Source: the human T2T-CHM13v2.0 reference genome, Homo sapiens. Taken from it: 64,000 nucleotides of DNA. Position numbers and translations under genes: made by a program. Positions 53,811 through 64,000 of the stretch are shown here, in pieces (the first letter of the stretch is position 1; every line of letters starts with the position of its first letter). The notes below the pieces were generated by a model that was given only the letters and a program-made list of their open reading frames with translations, made no database searches and had not been told where the DNA came from. The stretch is taken from assembly GCF_009914755.1 (NCBI RefSeq), contig NC_060926.1; one strand, written 5' to 3'.

Positions 53811-55258
53811 AATGTTAAAACCCTACTTAGGAGATCGGGTTGTTCAGATTTTAGGATGTACTGTTTTTTAGGTTTTTCAGATATAAGAGGCCAAGAAAAA
53901 AAAACTCTTACAGAATTAGAGATAACTAGTTTTGGTCTACTGTTACCCGGAATCTTTTGGAAATTCCAGTACCACATTATTTATAGCAGTGGCATAGCTT
54001 TACCTCTTCCAGTTACAGCCAATGTGTGGAGCCAATAAATACTAATCCAATAAATACATTGGAGACCTCTACTATGCCTGAGAATCGTATGCCATAAATT
54101 AGCACAAATGGCCGTGGCATCCATGTGGACAGTGTTTTTTGTTATTTATTTTCAAGAATAATTAATTAACAAAATATGTTTTTCTTGAGGTTCTTTTACA
54201 TTTCTGTCAAGGGATCATCCTTAAGTTGTGTGTGCGCTTATGAGTGTATGTGCATGCATGATTGTATGTATTTGGGGATTTATTTCTACATTTTCAACAG
54301 AAATTTATCTTTGTTATTTCAAAGTTTTCAAGGTTTGTTGATGCTTCTCTTTACTAATTTATTTCAGAGAGTATCATCCTTTAACAATTTGCTTTAAGTT
54401 GCCTTGAAAGCTGGGCAGCAAGGGTTAGAACAGTAGTAAACTGCGGCACTGATGTCCAACCTGGTAGGCCTTATCTTCATGGCTCATGCTATTGTTTTGA
54501 ATTGTACCAAAACACTGCTCCTTCTAGGTCTGTACATAATGCTCCAACTTGTCATTAGTTGACCAAAGCCATCTTAGCATGCAGGCAAAGAAGATGCATG
54601 GCTGTTTCTGGGCTTTAGGATTTCTTCTCTGTTGAAACATGGCTGAACCAAAGGAGAAGCTGCAGCTTTCCACCACCAAGAAAACATCAGAGATGGGAAG
54701 GGTGGAAGAGAGTCTGCTCTGCCAAGTCCACCTGAGAGGCTGACTCTTAATGGGCTCAATACGGAATGGCCCTGCATTCCAGCATGGCATGATAGGACAT
54801 TCTTACTATAGGCCAGGCAGGTCCCAAAGATACTAACCACCTGGAATTCTAATTGAGGGTGTAACTTCTTACTTTTCACTTTGTCATTTCAGGGAGTGAT
54901 AGTCAACCATTTCTCGGGGCAAATAGGCCTACGGCTATTGTTCTTTGTCATCTCAGATTTCCTTTTTACTTTACAGCTTCACTTCTGTGGTCTGTTGGTG
55001 TTGTTAAAAGAAGTCTTCTGTGTAACAGGATATGACAAGAATGACATTTCTTGTTTTATTTACCCCGGCTTTTATGCTGACTTTTTAGGGCTGCCTTAGC
55101 ATGTGTCCCGTTCTGTATGAACACATGCAGCCACCAGTTTTCGATTCTTCTTTGTTTAGAGTGGAAATTGAAATGTTTTCTCCAGAACTTTTAGCGGCTC
55201 CCTTTCCTTTTGAATCTGGAAGTCAGCTACTCTTGTAGGACACTCTACATTATATCAC

Positions 55259-55670
55259 TGTATTAGTCCGTTCTTGCATTGCTATAAAGAAACACCTGAG
55301 ACTGGGTCATTTATAAAGAAAAGAGATTTAATTGGCTTACGGTTCCATAGGCTGTTCAGGAAGCATGATGCTGGCGTCTTCTTGGCTTCTGGGGAGGGCT
55401 CAGGAAACTTACAATCATGGCAGAAGGCAAAGAGGGAATGAGGCATCTCACATGGTGGTTGCAGGAGCAAGAAAGAGAGGGGGGAGGTGCTACACAGTTT
55501 TAGACAAGCAGATCTCATGAGAACTCACTATCACAAGAACAGCACTAAGGGGATGGCACTAAACCATTCATGAAGGATCCACCCCCATGATTTAATCACC
55601 TCCCCTCTCCAACATGGGGGCTCACAGTTTGATATGAGATTTGGGTGAGACACAGACTCAAACCATATCA
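55259..55670 (-). mobile_element. MSTA-like MaLR solo LTR
   Basis: tgtattagtccgttcttgcattgctataaagaaacacctgagactggg...aaaccatatca; flanks atcac/attgc. Confidence 0.92.
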
Positions 55671-55704
55671 ATTGCCACGTGGTTTAATATTAAGTATACT
55701 GAGG

Positions 55705-55950
55705 AGTAGAATAATGTTCTGGTTAAGAGTGCAAGCCCTAGGAAAACTACTGGGTTAGAATCCTACTTTTCACCATTTTCTTTCTCTGTGACCATGGGCA
55801 AGAAATTGTCCTCAGTTTACCAGTAAAATGAGGCTTACCTTAATATGACTTACCTTAAGGCTTATGGTGAAGATTGAATGCTTGAACACAAGTTATAGGA
55901 GTACCTGGCTGATAGTGCACACTCAGTATGGGTTTGCTACTGTTTGTATT
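55705..55950 (+). mobile_element. MIR
   Basis: tggttaagagtgc..ctgtgaccatgggcaag..cctcagttt..gtaaaatgagg. Confidence 0.7.
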
Positions 55951-56292
55951 ATGTAAAGCTTATCACAACCCTATCAAAGCATCAAGACACTTATTATCTA
56001 TCATTTTACTAAAACCAAAAAAAAAAAAATGAGCTCAGAAGATCTACCATGACTTGCTCACCTATGACAAAGGCAGTTCCATAAGCCCAGTCTTCTCAGC
56101 TTTAGTCCAATTTTTTTCCCATTCTATGACATTGCTGTTGTAGTCTCTGATCAGTAAACTAAGAAGCATTTCATTGGCCTCTGGTATAAAAGAGACACAG
56201 AACCAAAGAATAATGTCCTAGGATATTGAATGAAACTTCTTCAAAGAACCCTAAGTAATAAAATGTGAGTGGTTAAAACCTTAAGGATAATT

Positions 56293-56348
56293 CTGGGTAG
56301 AAATGAGGTACTGTAGATAGCTGGGTAGAAATGAGGTACTGTAGATAA
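56293..56348. repeat. 28-bp tandem duplication
   Basis: ctgggtagaaatgaggtactgtagata(g/a) twice, 27/28 identical. Confidence 0.95.
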
Positions 56349-56474
56349 GCAGGAGGTGGTGGGTGGGAAACAGAGAAAGTAAAAGAGGAGGAAAAAAAAT
56401 GGAAATACATGGATGAGAAAAGTCTAACATGTTGGTAGGATTAGAACCAGAATAGAAATTATTAGGTTGGTGCA

Positions 56475-56830
<356 letters not shown>

Positions 56831-57372
56831 AATAAATGAGTGAAAAAGGTGATTGTGATGTATAATTCGAAGCACCTGCTTTTCACCCCAGCTCACCACA
56901 TGGCCTATTAGTATACAAGAGAAAAATGATGAGTAATGAAACAACTGTATAATGAAACAACTGTTCTGACCCATTGCGTTTTACCATCACAATTTTCATT
57001 TTATTTTAGATTTCGAGAACGTGCTTCAGAGGGAGAGAGAGGGCCAGAGACATAAATATTTTCATATCAAATGAGCAGACCCATGTTTTGATAAAATGCT
57101 TGCAGTTTTTCCTCAGCTCTAACTGAAACCACAGGATGAGCGCCCATTTACGTTCATTTTCAAAACACATATGTTCTTCAGAAGCTGGTGTCCTTTGAAA
57201 AATATCACCTAGAAACTTCAGAGTTCACTGCTATGAAATGTCTTGCCTAAAAACCCCAGGACTGGCCTGAATTTGAGTCCTTTCTGCATTAATTGTTAAG
57301 AGATCTCTTTTGTAATATGGATATTGAAATTACCTTGTTTCTTGGTTTTGTTTTTTGTTTCCTCTTGCCTAG

Positions 57373-57503
57373 ATACACAGTACTGTTTGACAGTTCATCA
57401 CTTCACCAGCCACGGAAGAAGCACATCCATCACCAAAAAGTGTGCCTCCAGAAGTGAATGTCATTTTGTCGGTTGCCACCACAGCCGAGATTCTGAACAT
57501 ACG
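57373..57503 (+). CDS. LYPD6B: LYPD6B coding exon: TQYCLTVHHFTSHGRSTSITKKCASRSECHFVGCHHSRDSEHT
   Basis: Acceptor tttcctcttgcctag, donor ACG|gtaagg, 131 nt phase 1-0. Lies within ORF 57324..57587 and has LU-type Cys spacing. Confidence 0.97.
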
Positions 57504-57619
57504 GTAAGGATCGTGTGTGTGTGTTATTGTCTAAACTTTCATCCTAGTAATGTAAGTCGTAGATCAAAGGAGAGGCAGGAAGGATAGTAATATGTGGACC
57601 ATGTTTACATTTTGAGGAA

Positions 57620-57803
57620 AGACTCCATACAAAGATAAAATGGAGACCAAAGAACAGACTCCATACAAAGGTAAAATGGAGACCAAAGAACAGAGACTCC
57701 ATACAAAGATAAAATGGAGACCAAAGAACAGACTCCATACAAAGATAAAATGGAGACCAAAGAACAGAGACTCCGTACAAACATAAAATGGAGACCAAAG
57801 AAA
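57620..57803. repeat. Minisatellite, 5 copies of a 36/38-bp unit
   Basis: agactccatacaaagataaaatggagaccaaagaac(ag), with units starting at 57620, 57656, 57694, 57730 and 57768. Confidence 0.97.
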
Positions 57804-58075
57804 TGAAGGAACCCTTGTCTTATTCACTGCTTCTGCTTAGATGAGGAAGGGAGTCTGAAGGATTAGCCTCAGTTTAATATGATGAACTGTAGATACCTTT
57901 TAGATCAATTGATGGCTTTAACGTTCTCATTCTATCATTCTAAATGAGCATTTCACTCCTTTATATGCCTGGAATTCTGAAATGCTTAAGAAAGAATTAC
58001 TTGAAAATATGTTCATTTCATGAGGTTTTAGAATTTGATTTACCCTGTAATAAGTACAGAAAATGATTCTCATAT

Positions 58076-58271
58076 CAGTGGCTTTTAACTCTAGCTACAC
58101 AAGAATCACCTGGGTAGCTTTTACAAGCTCTGCTTGTTGTTGAGGGATGCAGGCCGGCAGGCTCTCCAGACCAGTTGAAATGGAACCTCAGGGTAAGGTC
58201 CTGGGTGTCAGGATCTTTTTAAAAAGTTCCCCGAGGTGATTCTGATGTGCAGCCAGGGTTGAGAACCACTG
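58076..58271. mobile_element. MER5A-like hAT-Charlie MITE
   Basis: cagtggcttttaac..agaatcacctggg...aggtgattctgatgtgcagccagggttgagaaccactg. Confidence 0.85.
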
Positions 58272-58926
58272 ATATGGATGCCTAGAGTTGATGCCTTTAT
58301 CATACCTAGTCATCCTGGAAGCCTCTATGAATGGCTGGGTTTATCAGGTTGAGACATTGTACCTGGCACGGTTTGGTATTACCTGAAAACATCCCCTGAA
58401 AACACCAGTTAGGGACAAGCCTTTATTTTTTCTTACACCACTCAGCAACCATAATTAGTAAACCATTGTTGCTGTAATGATAAGAATCAGGTGTTAGCAT
58501 AGACAATAGAGAGTCATTATTATCCCCTAACAAGTAGCACTGAGAAAGAAAATCAATGACTAATCCGAAAGGTTCCTAGCTTTCATTTTTGTCTGAGTGT
58601 TTTCCCTTACAAACCTTTAGAAGATTTGTGGACTCAATCAAGCACTCTTATGCAGTTTCTCTTCCTCTTTGCCTTGCTAATGCTTGGATTTGATGCAGAT
58701 AAATCACAGTTAGGATAAAAGACTTTCAGCATGGTTTTTCCCTTCCATTCTATTGGCATTGGTGGGGGAAGGGTACCCAAGAGCCTAGATGATGCAAAAT
58801 TGGATAACCAACTCCAATTGTCTGTCTTCAGATAGAGCTCAAGAAGCCTTTGTTTTATCTTTCTTTCTTTTGCCCCTTCCCTCTTCTATTATTCACTGTC
58901 ATTTCCTCTCTCCTTTTTTGTAACAG

Positions 58927-59091
58927 GAGTGTAGGTCTTGCTGTGAAGGAATGATCTGCAATGTAGAATTACCCACCAATCACACTAATGCAGTGTTTGC
59001 CGTAATGCACGCTCAGAGAACATCTGGCAGCAGTGCCCCCACACTCTACCTACCAGTGCTTGCCTGGGTCTTTGTGCTTCCATTGCTGTGA
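58927..59091 (+). CDS. LYPD6B: LYPD6B last coding exon: ECRSCCEGMICNVELPTNHTNAVFAVMHAQRTSGSSAPTLYLPVLAWVFVLPLL*
   Basis: Long pyrimidine tract plus taacag acceptor. Has the CCxxxxCN LU signature, an NHT sequon, small residues (SGSSA) and a hydrophobic tail typical of a GPI signal. TGA at 59089-59091. Confidence 0.97.
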   Translation, partial: ECRSCCEGMICNVELPTNHTNAVFAVMHAQRTSGSSAPTLYLPVLAWVFVLPLL

Positions 59092-59645
59092 TGCCACCAT
59101 TCCTAGGAGAGGCAGAGACCAGCCTCTAAAGCACAAGCCAAAAACTGTGTGAACGGTGAACTTTGGAGTGAAGATCAATCTTGCACTTGGTGAAGAGTGC
59201 ACATTGGACCTCAAGGCGAAAGCCAGTGGTTTGCTTGGATAAAATGTTCCCGCATGAGGCCACAGGACTGAGGATGGGAATTTGGCAGGGCCTGAGAAGA
59301 TGGTCTGACTTCCAGGCTTCCTGGTCAAAGAGAGCTACGTTTGGGCAGTTCTGCAGAGAGGATCCTGGCAACTAGTCCCACCTGACTAGGCCTTTAGCTG
59401 AAAGGATTTCTTGACCTCCTTGACTGCCTCAGAGGCTGCCAGGTCAAACCCTCTTGTTTATGTGATTAGCTCAGAGCATCTCTATGAAATCTAACCCTTC
59501 CCCTCATGAGAAAGCAGTTTTCCCCACCAACAGCATAGTCAATGAGAAAGGCAACTGTACGAAGAAAACTTCCAGTGGAACTAATATGAAATCTATTTGC
59601 AAATTATGGGGGGAAATAAAGCTTTTAAATTATACAATGTAAATG
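59092..59645 (+). other. LYPD6B: LYPD6B 3' UTR (end approximate)
   Basis: Repeat-free sequence between the stop codon and the poly(A) signal. Confidence 0.75.
59615..59620 (+). terminator. Polyadenylation signal AATAAA
   Basis: Canonical hexamer about 525 nt after the stop, with a GU/U-rich downstream element ttgtgtgtttctt at about 59651-59663. Confidence 0.8.
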
Positions 59646-60288
59646 CATGCTTGTGTGTTTCTTGACTGATGTGGAGACCTCTGGTGAAACAGTTACCAGG
59701 GTCATAAAATAGACATTTGTGTCCATGAACCGTTGGTGATATGTGTTAAACTATAAAATTTGATGCTGAAGCTATTTAGCTTTTTTCTTTTGGGGGAGAG
59801 ATGCATTTTAGGATGTTAATACAAACTTAGTGAATTGAGAATATCTGGGAAGCCTCCCTGATAAAGGAAGATGACACCTTGTCATATGATGCACCCTCAG
59901 CAGTAGTAGCTTCAAAAGTTCTAGTCACAGAAAGTGGCAAGGGGGGGTCCATTTTCCTCCTTCAGTCATATTCTCTATGCATGCCATGTCTACCAAGAGA
60001 ACTTCTGTAAATACATGCTAAATGTTTGGTCCCATTCTCTTCTCTTTCCACTTACAGTGCAATCTCTGAATTTCAAATGAGCATCTTCTTCCTGTTTCTA
60101 GAATTCTGATTTCCTGCCTTCAGTCACACTTTGGGATGACTTTTAAACTCTCTGCCCTTGTATTTATAGTGATGAGCTAATGGAATGGGTTTTTCCCCCC
60201 AATTAAATATCCATCATTAGAATGCTGGGTGCCCTTGTAGGCTCTAGGTATTAATGATGCTATCCTTGCCATATGGGCTCACCTATGA

Positions 60289-60512
60289 CATGAGTTGGCA
60301 AATTATGGCCCACAGGCCAAATACATTCCACCACCCATTTTTGTGAATAAGTTTTTATTAAAACACAGCCATGGCCACTTGTTTATGTATTGTGTGTGTC
60401 TCCTTTTGTGCTATAATGGCAGGGTTGCAGAGATGCAGCAGAGACTGCATAGTCTGCAAAGTCTAAAAGCTTTACTATCTTGCCCTTTTCAGGAAAAATT
60501 TGCTGACCCCTA
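60289..60512 (+). mobile_element. MER58A-like hAT-Charlie MITE
   Basis: ttggcaaattatggcccacaggccaaat...aaaatttgctgacccct; 8-bp TSD acctatga/acctatgg. Confidence 0.88.
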
Positions 60513-61301
60513 ACCTATGGGATGTCAAGACTGCTTAAGGAGAAAGCCACTTTCTTTGCAGGCACCATGTTGCTAATGGTGGTTACTCAGCCTGAGCAAT
60601 GGTTGGCCAAATCACTTCCCTTGTTTTCTTTGTCTTCTGAGTCAGTGAATTTGTCTTCTGTTTTGATTGTTTCATGTATTTGATTCCATCTTGTAGTTAT
60701 GTACTGATGTCAGGGGCTGAGCTGTATTTATGTTTCTTCTCATCCTTGACACACTGGGAGCATTTCATCTTAAGGCTCCTTAGCGTCCTATCAAACAGGG
60801 AGGGGGCAGACATCATTATCTCCCTGTCTCTGGCCCAAACTTAGACTCACTTGGTAGCATCAGTTTTGAAGCCTAATGTAGATTTATCCTATCTTTCACT
60901 CAGCATCTTGAAGTATTTGCATTTTCATAGCTTATACTTGTTTGAAAATAATTATATATGGCTTCACTTGGAAATTTTAATGGCATCTTTGGCATCTTTT
61001 TATTCCCCAGGGTTTCTTTTGACTGTGTAATTGACAAATTGTCTGGTAAAAAACCATTAGCAGACAGCACTTTTTTTTTTCTGATTTTGTTTCTGCTGTA
61101 TAGATTAATGAAGTTTCTTTTGTGTGTGTTTTTTTCTTTCCTGAGGAAATATCTTAATTTTCTCTTCTTCACCCTGAACATCAAGTTCATATGGATTTCA
61201 CGTCTCACCTCCATTCCCTTAAGCATTTAAAATCGGGGTATGTTGAGCAAAGGAGGGAGTGCAAAGGAAACAAACTTCTGGTAAAGGCAGCTGAGTGAAC
61301 A

Positions 61302-62090
61302 GGGGATTATGAATAAAAATATGGGATTCCCCACCAAATTTGAATTTCAGATAAAATCAAATAATTTTTTGTGTAAGTTATTCATGAACTCACAAGATGG
61401 GCTTGTCTAAGGAAATGGTTTCAAATCCTTGTAATAAATCTGAATCTTCTGAGTAACTCCAAAACAAAACAAGTTCCCAGGACATTCTGGAGATGTTGAT
61501 TCAGTAGCTCTGAGGTGAAGCTCAAGCCTACCCCAATAGCTGAAAGTTAAATTTAAACAAACAAAAGCTCTCGGGTGATGATAATGCTTATCCAGGTGTT
61601 ACCTCTGATGTGAGAGGATCATTCCTTCTTCTGAAGCCTGCTCCTTGGCCACATAATAGGTATGCTAATAAGTAATAAACACATACACAAGCAACCACGG
61701 TTACAGGCATAGCTCTAAAAGTGTGGCCCCACAGCGTCACCTGGAAACTTGTTAGAAATGCAAATCTCAGACTCCATCTCAGACCTATTAAATCAGAAAC
61801 TCTGCAGGTTCAACCGGTGATTTAACAAGGTCTCCAGGTGCTTCTGATGCATGTGAAAGTTTAAGAACCCCTGGACCAGATAGAAGTGCTCCCTAAAAGT
61901 CTTCAGTAAATGTGTCCCTGGTATCTGCATGATTGCTTGGGGGATATTGTAAAAAAAAAAAAAAAAAAGAAAGAAAAAAATGAACCTGGGCCCCAACTTC
62001 AAAGTTAGATTCTCTGCGTTGAGTCAAAAAATGTGTAGTTTAAAAAAAATTCCTCAAATGATTCTGAAGCACAGCCACTTTGGGTGCCAC
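61302..62090. mobile_element. Cluster of hAT MITE fragments (MER53-like plus several MER5-like)
   Basis: aaatttgaatttcagataaa (about 61340); tcacctggaaacttgttagaaatgcaaatctcag..aaatcagaaactctg..ccaggtgcttctgatgca (61737-61873); aaatgattctgaagcacagcc. Confidence 0.7.
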
Positions 62091-64000
62091 CAAAGGAAAT
62101 AATAAAAGATGGAAATGATGTTGGTGATCAGAAGGCCCAGACTCCAAAACCTGACCTTTGAGTTCTAATCTGAAAGCCCTATGTACTTTAAGTTAACTCT
62201 GTGGTATCTTCAATGTAATTTAAAAACTAGAATGCAAAAAATAAATTCAATCATTAGAGTCCACTGCATAGATATTTAAAGTCCATTGCATAGGGACCTG
62301 GGATGGCCAAGCATCCCAGGCCTCAGATTAATTTAATTTGCCCCTAGTGAGTAAGAAAATGAGAAATACTTTGGTGTCAAAATGTCCAATGAGAATCACA
62401 GTAGTGGAGTGAGGAAAGACGGGGAACATGTAGATTTGTTAGTATAAAAGAGACAAGGGGATTAGCTATGAATATGAGCAAGATCTGAGGGAATGGCCTG
62501 TCAAAGGTCCACTTTGAATAGATCTACATTCTAGAATAAACTTTGAATTCCATCCATCAATCATTCCTTGAAAAAAAAAGTTACCTAACACCTTTCCCCA
62601 CCCACGTGTAAATGCTCCCTAAATTCAATTCTGAGTGAAAGCAGTCAGAAATTATCGGCATTACTTTCTATACAATCTGCATTCTGTCATGTCAATCACT
62701 GGGTAAAATATATTTCATAAGAAAAAGGAAGAAAATGAAGGTGGGTTGGTTTCTCTTTCTCACTGGAAAGGAACTTATGAAGCCATGCAAAGCATGAAAT
62801 GAACAATGAGGACACGCATGGACATGGGAGATGAGGTGTGGCATGAAATCGGGAAACTATGTTTTACATTCGTGAAATCATCCCTAGGTGAAACTTGTGA
62901 TATGTAGCTCACCAGTTACAAAGTTTGCTATGACCTTTGGATCTTGGACATTTTATTCTATTTTATTTTATTGCATCATTATGTGTTGTCAACTATAGGA
63001 TTTGTAGAGGGTTACATGGTGATACTGATTGTGTCTGGGTGCAGATCATGCCAGAAGACAAAGGCTAACAAATGGGCAAAGGTGAAAGTCCAAGAAACTG
63101 AAAAACAGTTGTGATTTGAGTCCACCTTTAGTCACAGTTTCTCTACTGTGTATCTGAAACAGTGCAGCATCTTTCTGTTACTCTTCCCACTCCCCTCTCA
63201 TCTTCACAATTCTGTCTCCTGCCCAGCCCCCCTCACTCCTTGCCTTGGCTTCTATTTCATCAGATGCTGAGACTGGAAGCTGAGCTGTCTTTAGGGTGAT
63301 CCAGAGTTGAGATCATTCTGGTTGGGGCTGTGAAAAATAGGGCTTCTGCAGCTCAATGCCGGAAGTACTATTTAGCAGGTCTGAGAATCTTCATTTTTAA
63401 CAAGCATCTGATTCTGATATTGATGATTCTCACCCTGGTAGTCTTAGGGCATCATTTTTTAGAAAAAAATAACCCAGGCCCTCAACATAAGGCTGCAGAG
63501 CTCTGTGTTGAGAGCTCACAGTCTCCTAAGCCACCACACAAGGACTTTTTTAGTTCAGGAAAATTGGTTCCAGCTAAGGGTCTGGGAGCACGTGGAGGAC
63601 ATTGTGGATTGGCAGAGCTGCCACGTTGAGAATGGCCCTGAATTGCCTAGGACAAATGGGAGCTCCAGGAAGGGATTCTGGGTCCCCTTCCAGGCAAGCA
63701 GGATGTCAAGGGCTCTGAGCACTGACTTGAATCCCTGGGCATCATAGCTGAGTGCGGCAGTAAGAAGCCATGCAAAGCAATGGGCAAGGTGAGCCCATCC
63801 ACAGGGCCTAAGTGCAGACTCAAAATCAGTTCCAATGCAAATATTTTCCAAAAGAGGACAGGCAACACAGGGCAAGCAAGTCTTGAAGATAAACTCTGAT
63901 TAGATTTGTGAGGATCCTCAGTCAGGGAGGGCATCTCTTTTAGAGGGCTGTAGCCATCAGATAACTTCAACTACAAATAACAGAGTCCCAAATTGGCATA

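Noticed and set aside
57620-57803. CRISPR-like array (36-bp palindromic repeats)
   Set aside because: Units are head-to-tail with no unique spacers, there are no cas genes, and the context is a primate intron. It is a minisatellite.
57544-57827. Repetitive hydrophobic minus-strand ORFs
   Set aside because: They are translations of the minisatellite.

Overview
This is mammalian genomic DNA, primate and almost certainly human, judged by its Alu, THE1/MST, L1PA and MADE1 content. It is not prokaryotic. The window holds the 3' portion of one + strand gene, LYPD6B (Ly6/PLAUR domain-containing 6B, a GPI-anchored three-finger protein). I assembled five GT-AG coding exons by hand: a 72-nt cassette exon (5151-5222), then, after a 44.4-kb intron, exons 49631-49782, 52692-52790, 57373-57503 and 58927-59091. 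A 3' UTR follows with AATAAA at 59615. The promoter and first exon(s) are not in the window. The rest is intronic or downstream DNA rich in fossil transposons (Alu, L1, L2, MIR, MaLR/ERV LTRs, Tigger1, Tigger3, hAT MERs, MADE1) and simple repeats. Nearly all ORFs in the supplied track are spurious or repeat-derived. I found no convincing previously undescribed biological system. The best second-look items are a 5'-inverted L1 with a large internal gap, an AluY inserted into a Hsmar1/MADE1 TIR, a Tigger1-Alu deletion chimera, an inverted Alu pair, a hairpin-unit minisatellite beside an exon, and LYPD6B N-terminal isoform logic. Repeat subfamily names come from recalled consensus sequences, and their boundaries are approximate.
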